Part shown: piece by piece, positions 1-14,078 of the stretch
Layout of the letters: every line of letters begins with the position of its first letter
Position numbering within the stretch: the first letter of the stretch is position 1
Source: Rhizodiscina lignyota
Taxonomy: Eukaryota
DNA: 64,000 nucleotides
Reading direction: 5' to 3'
Assembly: GCA_010015805.1 (NCBI GenBank)
Contig: ML978124.1
Coordinates: forward strand, 1,178,001 to 1,242,000
Notes under the pieces: generated by a model
Databases searched by the model: none
What the model was told of the DNA's origin: nothing
What the model saw: the letters and a program-made list of their open reading frames with translations, nothing else
Program-made: the position numbers and the translations under genes

Positions 1-2
1 GC

Positions 3-395
3 GAGAGAACAGCACAAGCGATATTGCCGTCCGACATCCGAGAGCAGGAGTACAATACATATGTACGCATCCTGAAAGCTTTGGAAGGGCTTCACGATAG
101 ACTACGTAAGGACGAGAGATTCAACATCGGAGAGATTCCCGCCGACACACTCAAGAACCTGGCGAGGTTAAAGCCGTCCACGAGCAGAGCATTGGTTTTG
201 GTACCAGGAGCTATTGAGCTCAACACGGCGGCAACTTGCCATGGTGTGGATCTTTTGGGACTCATCAGGAGACATGCCGAGGCTGCAGGAGACAAGGAGA
301 AGAGAGTGGCAGATGGTGATAGCAGTGACGATGATGCATTTCAGGTTATGGAAGTGAGTGACGATCATGTGAATAGACGAAGATGGAGAGTGTGA
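3..395 (+). CDS. Probable 3' end of an unknown protein gene entering from the window edge
   Basis: The frame is open from position 3 to TGA at 393-395. The ORF-track start at 24 is TTG. The translation is protein-like with an acidic tail (DGDSSDDDAFQVMEVSDD) and converges on the kinase-ankyrin gene. No family recognised. Confidence 0.45.
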   Translation, partial: ERTAQAILPSDIREQEYNTYVRILKALEGLHDRLRKDERFNIGEIPADTLKNLARLKPSTSRALVLVPGAIELNTAATCHGVDLLGLIRRHAEAAGDKEKRVADGDSSDDDAFQVMEVSDDHVNRRRWRV

Positions 396-490
396 GGTAT
401 ATATATGTACAAGTTACAACGTCCGTAACTCGGCGCATTTAAGATTACTATTGGATCATAGAGTATTATCCGGCTCATGTCGTCATGTTG

Positions 491-3400
491 CTAGCGTGAT
501 TCTGCTTGCGCCTTTGGACAAGCCTTTTGAGCTGAAGTAAGGAAAGCCACGCCGTCACTGTAAGAAAGTCGCTCAGCATGCGCCAGAAGCGTTTCGCCAT
601 CTTTATTTTTCGAATCAATGCTCCCTTCCGCATTGATGAGTTGCTCTAGTAATGGCAGATTTTGCGCTTCTATGGCGTGGTGCGCGAGCGGCGTGCTGTC
701 CTTGTACACAACTTCAGGCGGCATCCCCCATTTGAGCAAGTTCTCGAGCAGGAGAGTCTTACCTCGTGCTGAAAGAATCCGAGCGATCGGACAAACGTCA
801 CTGTCGATGACATCTGTCGCGTTCTTGCCGGGATCGGTGTAAAGTGTCTTCAGCAACGCCCGTCCGATAGCGCTGTGGTGTTGTGGCCAGGAGACAACTG
901 TAGACTGAGCGAGTAGCTTCAGAGCTGTATTTCCCTCTTTGTCAGCGAATTTGACGTCGGCTCCAGCATCAAGAAGCGTGCGAACGGCAGCTGTTGCCCC
1001 AGACTTGACCGCAAGGTGAAGGGCGGTCTGCTGGAAATAACCACCGCTCGCATTAACGTCAATAGATTCGCTCTGAAGCAGTATCTTCAACATCGTGTGC
1101 TGGTCCCGGGATAGAGCGCCATGCCACTGATTTGCCGCAAGCAGCAAAGGAGTGCTACCAGATGCGTTTCGAGCATTTGCGTCGGCCTTTTTGAAAAGCA
1201 GCATACCGGCCGCCAGAACATCTCGTCTTCGTACTGCGAGATGCAATGGGCTATTGAGCGTCCCTGGAGATGGATGGTTTACATTAACGCCACCGCAAGC
1301 ATTTGATTTCAGCAAACAGGCCAGGGCGTATAGCTTGTGCTTTTCAAGCGGCTCGATATCGGCGCCAACGAAGATTTTCTGTATCGGAAGCGTGCCTGTG
1401 GAGTCTGGCATATTTGGATCCGCATCCGCGTCGATAAGAAGGCGGACCATCTTGTTGTAGCCCTTAAAGTATGGTAGCTGCAAGGCCAATATGAGGGGCG
1501 TTCTCCTCTTCGTCGGATGTAGGACGTTGACATCTGCGCCATTGTCTAATAGATACTTCAGGCACTTTGTGTGTCTGTACGTGGCACCTTTGATGGTTCG
1601 GAATATTGGTCCTGTTCTGGGCCGGTCTTTGGTGCCTGGATTGCACTTTCGCTCCATCAGGAACGCTACCGCGGCGGCTTTGCCTTCCGAGCAATACTTT
1701 TCTAGCAACCCATGGTCATGATCAAACCATCGAGTTGGGAAGCTATTCAGGGTTGATCGAGTGCGTTCAGACATGGCTGAAGTAGCCATTGATGATGCCT
1801 CCCACGCGTCATCAATATATTTCTGGGGGTCTACGAGATTAAAAGAAGAGCTCTCCTCATCGTCTCTAAAATCCGAGGGCTCATCCTTTGTAGGACTTGC
1901 TGGAAACGCAAAAGACACCTTTCGCTGGACCGACGAAGCTTCTTTTAGTCGAGCAGACGTGAGCTTTGGAGCCTTGTTTGACTTTTGACTTGTTGATGCC
2001 TGTCTCTTGCCTTTCTTCGATTCTGGTCGTCTTGATGATTGCATACTCTCTGCGTCTGGTCGAAAAATGTCCGTTCCTGGCTGAGTAGCCTCTGCGTGCA
2101 GTTGGCTAGTTACGTCTTCATAAAGAGGCGGTGCGACATCGTTCGAAAGCGATACCATAGAATCGATGGGTTCTTTTAGTAGTTGAGAGTCAATGATGTC
2201 CGGAGTAGACGAATGTGAAAGTCTACGCTCTGCCTCTGATGCTCTTGTTTCTGAGCTTTGGTGCACTTCTACTTTCTCTTCTTCGGAGGCATTCTCTTTC
2301 TCAGCATTCTGACTGAATATCTCCCCCTTCTGAAAGTCAATGTCCCCTGTGCCTGGCTCTTGTCGCTCCCATTCCAAGGCATCCTCTTGCTCAACAGCAC
2401 CTTCTTGGACAACTTCCTCCAGGGAATGGTCCTTGTCAATATTGTTCTCCGCAAGTTGACAAATCGTAGTTTCATCCTCAGCGATGCTAGAGGGATTCGT
2501 GAGTGCTGGCCTGGCAGGATCTTCTATGGACGAAACCGACTGCGACTCTCCGAGAAACTGCGGTTCAGATGATGAAGAAGAAACCTGAAGGCCCAATGGT
2601 TCTGTGCCTGGTGAAGGAGTTTCCTCTGGACCAGCCTCATCGGCTTCCTCCTCCGAGAGCTCGTTAATGGTCTGGATCAAAGAAGGTGAATGCAGCAGAT
2701 AACCACCTGGTATGACATCTGGTTCTGCACTCTGCGAGGATTTTAGTTTCCCGAGTCTAGCCTCAACGGTCTGTGGGGTATCCTCTAGCGGCATAATATC
2801 ACTGTCTGAGTCGGAGCTGTCTTCTACGATCCTAAACGGAAGGCTGATTCTTGGATCAGGACCATCTCCAGATCCTTCTCGTTCTTCCATAGATCGGTTG
2901 CTCTCCGAAGAGGTGTCACTCTGAACACAGAAGCCAAGTCCGGTGTCTGTGTAACTTTCATGTCGACGCCTGAAAGCTGACGAGGTACTAGGCATGTCCA
3001 TGACGATTGGCTTCTGATACATTCTGATGTTTGAGTCAGCTGCTGGCAAGGGGACTCCACCATCTTGTGGATAGGCGCCTGGCACAGATGGGCCGCTGTC
3101 AGTGGTATTGAAAAGCCAATCTTGTATACTAATGCTCTTTCCCGGATCGATCAGATTTGTCTCTGTTCCAAGAAGCATCTCAATTCTCTCGTTCAGTACA
3201 TCCTCGTCGCCAGAGTCCACAAATTCATCATCCTCAACCTGCACGTCTTGATCGTATATTTGTGCTGCGTAATCGGGATCACAATCAAGGCAACAGAAGA
3301 TTTTAAAAGAAGGACAATCGTGAATGTCTTTCATCAGAGCCTTCGAAGTCGGCCGATTCTGGGGATAACTCTGCAGAAGGTCTTGAGTCCAGGTAAGCGG

Positions 3401-4667
3401 CTCGTTATCTGTGTCAGCTATCCGCGTGCGTAGAATCTCCATCCACTCGACAGCAGCAGGTATGTTGGCCCATACAGAACTGCTCATGTCCCTCTTAGAT
3501 CGCTTTCTCTCCATGTGGATCTTAAACTCTGTCAATGAGCGGCCGAGGAGAACTGTTGTGACTTCGAGGAACACAACCCCAAGAGACCACATATCGCTGG
3601 CTCGATTCCTCGGTTCTCGTTTTGCTACTTCTGGTGCCATGTACTCTTCGCTCACAGGTAGTCGATCGTTGGTTGTCGATCTCTTCGAACCAGTCCATAT
3701 ATATGCGTTACCGAAATCGCTGAGAAATACTCGTCCGTCCTTGACCAGGATGTTACGTGTTGCAATATCTCGATGCCGTATGCGTTGACTATGCAGGTAG
3801 TTGACTGCACCAGCCAAGCACCCATAGGAGTATCGTAAGGCGAGGAGATCAGGAACACCTGGATTGGCTATGTACTCCAGAAGATTGCAGTCGGCGACTG
3901 GCTCCATAAGATATGCAATGTATTCATCATCCGTATAAGAGCCGAGAAACTTCACTAAGTGCCTATGAGATAATTTTTTCAATGCCGTTATCTCTTTGAC
4001 AATATGGGTTTGTCGTTGTCGATTTTCTTGCGAGTCTTTTCCGCGTAAAGTTCTCTTGCGAGCATACTGCTTCAAGCTCAGTTTGCTTGACACAAGATCA
4101 ACGGCACTAGATTCGGCGATCAGCGACTGCCCAATTCTTCAGTGCTCGAGAAACTTACCTGAATCCACCTCTACCAAGCTCCTTGATAGAAGTGAAGTAT
4201 ACACGCCCTGTAGGGAAGATCTGATGAGGCCCGTCGGGTCGCTCAAGCTGACCAGCATCGGTCACAACGTACCGCTGAGTCTGAAGAAATAGGTTCCGAA
4301 GGCGATCGCCGACGACAAAATTGGGGAGAGTTCGGAAGTCGTATGGCAAGTGATAGTCCGTGAGATTGAAATTGATAAACGAGTCCATGAGATGCAAGGC
4401 ATCTATCATGCGGAGAATAGCATATGTTCGGGGGTAGCGTTGCCACGAGCTGTAGTAAGTACGGCTATTCTTCCGATCTTGCAAGGCCAGAAAAGTAGAA
4501 ACGTAAATGAAATTGACTGCTGGTATCCTTCCTTGAGCCGGTGCTTTACAAAACCACTCCAGTGATTGCTCGATGGCTTCATCAGACATGGGAATGTACT
4601 GTGACCCTTGAGGCCGCGCAGGCTTGCGCCGCACCATCCATCGAACAAACGAAGGAAGAGAATCCAT
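491..4667 (-). CDS. Protein kinase with long acidic linker and C-terminal ankyrin repeats (about 1374 aa, 2 exons)
   Basis: Exon 1 4667-4159, intron 4158-4107 (GTAAGT...GCTGAT...CTAG), exon 2 4106-491. Splicing restores the Gly-loop LGRGGFSAV. Also present: ARK (VAIK Lys), KEI (alphaC Glu), HRDIATRN, DFG, YMAPE and DMWSLG. Ankyrin motifs TPLILA, SPLHLA, TPLLLA, TALHLA lie at about 560-1700. Confidence 0.92.
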
Positions 4668-4970
4668 TTCGGGATCCTAAGGAAAGTGATGAGTGTCGTT
4701 TTGATAAGTTTGACGAAAGAATGTCAAACGAGGCTGAACACCTAAATATTGGATGACCTCGAGTCCCCGCTTGGCGTCCATCACTGCCGCCGGTGAGCTG
4801 CAGACACTTGCGATTGGTGTAGCCGCCTGCTGGTAGGTGGGTGCTGCGCCTCGCCGTGGCTGTTATTGCCCTGCGACTTACCGTCCTCTCTTTGTGATGT
4901 GAGAGAGTTGGCCATTCATTTCCCACTTTGTTTTCCTCTCTCTCCAGCACAGAAGCCATCAGAGTACACC
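4668..4970. promoter_or_regulatory. 303-bp divergent (probably bidirectional) promoter region
   Basis: Lies between the kinase ATG (4667, minus strand) and the HeLo-pseudokinase ATG (4971, plus strand). Inferred from geometry only. Confidence 0.55.
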
Positions 4971-6716
4971 ATGTCGGGTTTGGACGTGGCCGCCGGAGCC
5001 GCCGGACTTCTTGGTTTTGCATTTCAGTCCTTTAAAGGCTGCATTGAAGCTTTCGAATTCTGCCAAGATGCGCAGCGTATTGGTCGGGATGGCGACTTGC
5101 TAAGAGTGAAACTACAGTGGGAGCAGTTGCGATTGATTGAGTGGGGCGAGCGAGCAGGCATCGTGGGTGTTGAACCTTCTCCCGTGGAACGGCTCAATTG
5201 GCAGATGGCCGTGTCATGTCTGCAACAGCAAGAAGCTCTTCTCACATCTGCCGAGAAACTGAAAGACAGATACGGTTTTGATGTGGTCGAAGAAGTCAGA
5301 CCTTTCATACCTCCGAACGATGGCTCATCTCCTTCCGGCCTTCGACGGATCATACAGCGCAGGATACCAGACTACTTTAATGCGAAAGCACGATTGATAC
5401 AGGATCGCAACAGCACAGGAAGGCGGATCCGTTGGGCAGCAATTGACAAAAAGAAAATGCGAGAGATCATCGCAGATATTGCCGAAATCAATCTCCGCCT
5501 TTATCAAGTCCTTGAATCTCACGAGCGAGAGACGTTACAGAAATCCCAAGTCGCTCTGATTCGGGATTTGATATCGAGTAGCTCCAGTACCGACGAGGTA
5601 GAGGAAGCTCATCAAATACTCGATCCTCGAACATGGCAGAGTGATCAAGCTCTTGATGCTGCGACAATCTTGAAAAAGATACGCCTCGTCATTGGTTTCG
5701 ACACAAGGGAGGATGAATGCGTTCCTGAGACCGGAGAAGAGTTGACACCATTGAGAAGATTGAAGATGCGAAAGCTCTGTGCTATGAGCTCTAAGAATCT
5801 GGGCTGTACCGGAATCGAAATGGCCGAGTACAGCGGCAAAGCTGTTGTAGTCGAATGGCGGTCGGTCTCCGCCTCCCTTTGGCAGCAAATGGAGCGGCGT
5901 ATATGGCTCCTAGCAAAGCTATTGAGCGCTGTGAAAGATCCATCATTTCACACGCTGCAATGCAGAGGCTACCTGTCAGTACAGGATGAGAGCCTCTTTG
6001 CGCTTATATATGACGTCCCCGTTGGTGTCCCGAAATCCATAAGCACGCCGCTGCAAGTATACAGCCTTCAGGAGGTAATCTTGAAGCGGTCAAACTTGTC
6101 ATTACGCGAAATATTTCGTCTAGCTGAGAATCTTGCAGAGACAGTATTGTCGCTGCACACGGCAGGATGGCTCCACAAATCGATTCGGCCCGGCAATATC
6201 TTATTTGTTTCGCAGGATGAGCCTGCAACGGTTGATGTCGTCTTCAGTGGCCCATTTCTTGTTGGTTATGGGTATTCTCGTCTGAGCAGGCCCGATCAGT
6301 CGCTTGTGACGGAGCTCCCGGATACCTTCCTGCGCGCCGATCTATATCGCCACCCCTCTGCAAGGGGGCTCAACAGACTACCCTTTAGAAAAGCTTTCGA
6401 TCTTTACTCTCTTGGATGTGTTTTAGTGGAGATAGCATTTTGGAAGAGCCTTGTGGAAGTGATATCAAAATTTTCAGACAGCGACTTCCCCGCTGCGCTG
6501 CTGAAGGCAGAGCAAGAAGAGGCTAATCTCGAGCTTCCTTCGCTCCTGAGTTTCAGGTCTGATCAAGCACGATATTCGGGATTGCTCCATCATGTTGGAG
6601 TCTACTACGCCGAAGCTGTAGAGCTGTGCTTCTCACCGGAGCTTGTAGATGAAGATGAGATTTGGTTGGACGTCCATGCCAAAATTGTAGAGAAGCTGCG
6701 TCAGTGTTGCTGTTGA
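4971..6716 (+). CDS. HeLo (prion-inhibition/HET-S-like) domain plus C-terminal pseudokinase, 581 aa, intronless
   Basis: The N-terminus MSGLDVAAGAAGLLGFAFQSFKGCIEAFEF...LRVKLQWEQLRLIEWG matches the HET-S HeLo pattern, and RRIRWAAIDKKK is typical of the end of HeLo. The kinase-fold motifs are degenerate: VVVEW, HKSIRPGNILF, LVGYGYSR, YRHP, DLYSLG. Confidence 0.9.
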   Translation: MSGLDVAAGAAGLLGFAFQSFKGCIEAFEFCQDAQRIGRDGDLLRVKLQWEQLRLIEWGERAGIVGVEPSPVERLNWQMAVSCLQQQEALLTSAEKLKDRYGFDVVEEVRPFIPPNDGSSPSGLRRIIQRRIPDYFNAKARLIQDRNSTGRRIRWAAIDKKKMREIIADIAEINLRLYQVLESHERETLQKSQVALIRDLISSSSSTDEVEEAHQILDPRTWQSDQALDAATILKKIRLVIGFDTREDECVPETGEELTPLRRLKMRKLCAMSSKNLGCTGIEMAEYSGKAVVVEWRSVSASLWQQMERRIWLLAKLLSAVKDPSFHTLQCRGYLSVQDESLFALIYDVPVGVPKSISTPLQVYSLQEVILKRSNLSLREIFRLAENLAETVLSLHTAGWLHKSIRPGNILFVSQDEPATVDVVFSGPFLVGYGYSRLSRPDQSLVTELPDTFLRADLYRHPSARGLNRLPFRKAFDLYSLGCVLVEIAFWKSLVEVISKFSDSDFPAALLKAEQEEANLELPSLLSFRSDQARYSGLLHHVGVYYAEAVELCFSPELVDEDEIWLDVHAKIVEKLRQCCC

Positions 6717-8117
6717 CGATTCTCAATCCGAGAAGTATATGAATATCAAATGCTTCTTATAAAGGGATCACGAGAGATTTTAATGAGACCTTAGGAATGT
6801 ATAATGTCTGACATTCAAAGAACGTCAGGAAAAGCTCTCAAGAAACTGAGTGCCACGTGGATCCGGCGCTAGAGCGGGACTGCGGATGCCTGAGGCACAA
6901 AATAACGCCCGAGGCATTTTTCGATCACCAAAAAAAAGAAGAGGTATCTTTACAAAGTTGTAGCCATCAAATGACAATTCATCTCTCGCCAGAACGGGGT
7001 TGGGATTGGTTGTAGAGAGCTGCAAGCCCCTGTGGCTCCGTTTTCGTCATCGGTGCTGTCTCAACAGACGGCATTGTTTGAATGGATGAAATGTTTTACG
7101 TATTTGGCCAAAGGTAAGGCTCTACGATGCATAGTCCAATATATGTACCTATCCGTAGATTTTGAGATAAGACGACTTGCATGGAACGGTTTCTGGGTAC
7201 GGAGGTACTTTTGAGGAGACCAGCGCTCGCGCCATTCCTGATTTGTCCTAGTGCTAGCAAATCTTGGCACTGCCGCTCTATAAAATTTCCTCATCTCGAC
7301 AACTTCTCTTTCTTCTCCAAGTTGATACCGGTCCCATATACCCTTGGAGGATGATGTTTTCGAACAATCGCACCGTTCATTCCCCACATTCCCGAGTGAC
7401 CGAGAGGAATCACTCGCCCTTCTAATTCCGGCGCGCTTTTGCTCGTGTGGCGCGACGGATTCGCTTTTGGGCGTACATATCGAATGTAGATATGTGCCTT
7501 ACTTGTGCACGGGAGGTCCTTTGAGCTCTTTTCGTAGATTGAAGGAAATGAAGGTGTTGAGCTTTAATGATCTAAGAGCTGAGATGCATTGTGTTGATGC
7601 CTTCGTTTTTCACTGCGAAAGAAACTCGCATCACCTCATGGTCGTTATCACGGTGAAGTCGGAACAAGTTTTATCTATCATATCATTCTCGCCCCATTAT
7701 GTACGCCATATCAACCTATACACCATGCACTACTTACTCCCATTCGGACTGCAAATACGTTGATTGTTTTCATACATCCAAGCCATCACACCATTTACAG
7801 CCAATGACGGCGTCGTTTACAGAAAGTGCACCACAAGAGACAGTGAACAAAACTCAAACTTGATACCATGAGAAAAGAAAGGAGGTGCTAAGCATTCGAT
7901 ACCCTCCGGAGTTGCTCCTTGCAATATCCCAACTCCAGAGCTTCCTGACGCACAGAGACAGAGTATACATCCCAAGACGCAGCGAGGCGGCTTCCTTTTC
8001 AGTATTTCCCTTCCCTTAGAGCAGCTGTAGCGCTGCATCTGCCAAAGTCATGTGCAAAGCTACACCCCCATTCCGCACCTTACTACTCCTGCCCTCATCT
8101 GCATCAACTTCACCATA

Positions 8118-11027
<2,910 letters not shown>

Positions 11028-12096
11028 GGTGGACTCGAGGCGGCCACAAAGCCTGTCGTGAGCTCTTCAAAATATCAAAGAGGAGGCAGTAAGGGAGGAG
11101 GTCGAGGGTGGGTTCGAGGGTATCGCTGGGAGTGAGGTGACGGAGGTCTGGTAGCGTACGAAGTAGCGGGGCTGAGCTGGTCTTGGCGCTTTAACTGTCG
11201 CAGTATCGGCGCCGCTGCTTAAAGGCAGCACAAGCTCGCGCGCCTCTCTCAAAGCTGCCCTTTGCAGTTACCAGAGCGCCTAAGCACGATCGTTCCAACA
11301 ATAGAATATTCTCGAGTGTTTTACGAGCGGCTTACTTGCGTGCGGAGAGTCTCTGAGGCATCACGAGTTGATCCTTCGTGGTGCGGGACGGTGATACGAC
11401 ACAAGGCAGCATGATGTCAAAGATGGCTAAGTCAACCTTCACCTCTGCGGCACAAAGATATCTAATCTGCTCCTCCTTTTTGTCTCCGTCTTTTCGGATA
11501 CTCTTGCGACGTGCTTTCAAATTATGTGCATGCCTGGCTGTTTCATTCCATTCCCTCTTCGCCTCACACATCCATGTATGGCGTTATCTGCACCAGCCAC
11601 ACTTCCCGGCTCGGTTTTGCCAGGAGCTCGTACTCGTACAGAAGGCAAACCCTGCCAATCCGCGTATCGGATTTCAACTTTCGAGCCTTCGCCCGGCTCC
11701 TGAAGGGCTCAAATAACCTGGCAAAACGCCTCCTTTGAAGGTTGACATTTGCCCCGTTGAATGTTTTCCACCCAAGCTTTAATCTCCATGATAGAGTCCA
11801 ACATCGTTTTACCTAAACAGGTTTATTCCACATGAGAGAGCATATTTCGAACTCCTGATGCAAAGCCCTAGCTTCTCCTTTTCATTAGCAGCTTTTGCAT
11901 TTCAAGATGAGTGAGACTACGGAGGCATCTCTAAAAGCTCTATTAATCCTTCTTTAGGGTCTCTATAGCAATAGCATACCGTTGCAAGCACTATACGTCT
12001 TACGAGTAAAAGAATCTCTATAATAACTCATCGAGGCCCTGAAAGCCGTGGCTACATTTTTTGTCACCCTCGAGGCTGTGAATTTCCTGCCTGTGC

Positions 12097-14078
12097 TCAC
12101 TGATGGCTTGAAAACATCCCGCCACTACGTTCAGACCGAGGAATTGACAGGCTTTCCAGCGCTGTCGATAGATCTGTCATGCTTGGAAATGAGACTCCGG
12201 TGGCTGGTCTCCCCGTGAACACACTTGAAGGGACTTGGAGCTGGAAAACTCGATTCTCGCCACGGGCGCTCTCAGCAATGCGGTCTCGGAGACGACGCAT
12301 TGACGAGAGCTCAGAGGATCGGATTGTGGAAGCTAACGTTGGCAAGCTCGACTTTCTAGGGGGTTCGGAAGAAGCCTGCTGTGTGGGAGTAGTTGGCAAG
12401 TCGTCGATTCCATCATCGATATCTGCTGTGGTCATTTTAAACTTTGTATGAAGGGATTTTCTGATGACAGCCCAGGCATTCTTCTTGTATTCCGCGGAGT
12501 GGCTTTCGTCAAAGTACCACATTGGAGTGTACACGACCACGAGGAAGTCCCGCGCCAGTGCCACGTCGCTAAGCGCCATGAGGTCTCGAAATGCAGCTCT
12601 GAGACCAAAGCTAAGTGATCTCGATTTGGCCATTTTCACCACAGTCATAAGCAGTTCGCAAGCAGAGATACCCATTCTTTTTTCTGCGTCGACGGCCCAT
12701 CGCAGTAGATTGGTCTCTGTTGAACTCCCGCTCTGTTGTCAGATCTGCCACAATGAGTAGTACACTTCGTTGACGAGTCCTAGACCGTCCTTCTCAGATT
12801 TCGACCATCCAAGAGATTCAAAGAACTCGGCGAGCCATATGTGACTGCGCTGAAGGTAACACCATTCGACACAAGAGCGCAAGCACGGATTTCCCATTCG
12901 ACCTTTTTTGTTGATCTCAAATGGGCCAGGGTGCCTGCGCAGGAGCACTTCTCTCAGGTGGCATACCTGCAAATAACAGAACGGCCCGTGTCAGAATCGG
13001 TAGCCCAAGAAATCTAATGCTCGATGCTCGGCCGGGAGAGATATTAGGAAGAGACCACGGTCCATATCCACGTCACGGAGAGTACTCTCAAGAGACACTC
13101 CACCATTTCCCCCATTGGCTCGATGTGAGAGATCCGCACGTAACCCTCGCCAGACGAACGCCTCAGGAGAGTCTCCTCCGCTCCCGAGCCTTCGCTCGAG
13201 CAAAGCGTCGGCGATCTGTATTTGGTTCGACTTCATGGCGTTTCGAGAACAGTCTATGATCGCTCTGATCATCACGTCGTCTGGACAGTTCGGAATGGTC
13301 TGTAGGCGCTTCAAGAGCGTCACGTAAAGAAGGAAAGCTTGAGCGCGCAGGCCAATAGAGGAGAGGAAATCCGCAGCCAGCTTCGTCGTTTGCAGGTCAC
13401 GCCGCGAGAAGGTGCTCATATCTCGAGAAACGTCGATCGTGGTTTCTAAAGAGCTGGCTGGCCGTTGGAAAAATGTATTGTCCTCCATTACTGCATTAAA
13501 AGCAGCAGCTCCAGTCAGAAAAGTGTTTCCCTCCTCAATATCCTGCTCCTGCGTATCTACGACATCACAAGAGGACGACGAATAAGATGAATCTGTCGCA
13601 TCCTTGTTCATTCCCATGGACGTAGAAAATCTTTGACGTTTCGCCGAAGGAGCTTGTGAGGAGCTTGAGTCGGCCGTGGTTGGGGCTTTGCGTTTCAGCA
13701 GTGTATCTGCTGTCAGATGTTCCGAGATGATTTGTTTGCCTCTCCAATCGTCCGGCGGAACGCAATTTCGGGCTGTGCGGTACTTTCGAAAATTCCACTT
13801 GTCAAATTGGGCAACATATTGTCGACGGCTGTGTGTGTATCAGCTACCATTGTCAGGGAACGCAATATGAATTGGAAAGGACAAGTATTTAATGTCGTGG
13901 CTTACGATGGCTTAAAGTCATACGTCGTGCTCATGTGTTCCATAACTTCCTCTAACGTCAGGACTTGGTAAGCCAGATAAAGCTCGCCTTTGTATTTCGC
14001 CCATATTTCCGGCGGTATTGCTTTTGATCGGGAGGGTCGAGATCCTATCCAGCGGACGTTTCGCAAGGCTGAAGCCAT
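12097..14078 (-). pseudogene. Clr5-domain protein gene carrying two in-frame TGA codons (pseudogene or recoded gene)
   Basis: N-terminus IPPEIWAKYKGELYLAY...LEEVMEHMSTTYDFKPS, intron 13905-13829, then RRQYVAQFDKWNFRKY, the Clr5-domain pattern. ORFs 13617-12991, 12972-12739 and 12675-12097 share one frame, broken only by TGA at 12993-12991 and 12741-12739. Confidence 0.65.

Noticed and set aside
491..6716. HET-s-type prion-forming, RHIM-like amyloid motif or NACHT/NB-ARC domain in the HeLo/kinase pair
   Set aside because: No G/N/Q-rich pseudo-repeat at either protein's termini and no P-loop motif are visible, so this is not a classical NLR-amyloid-HeLo system.
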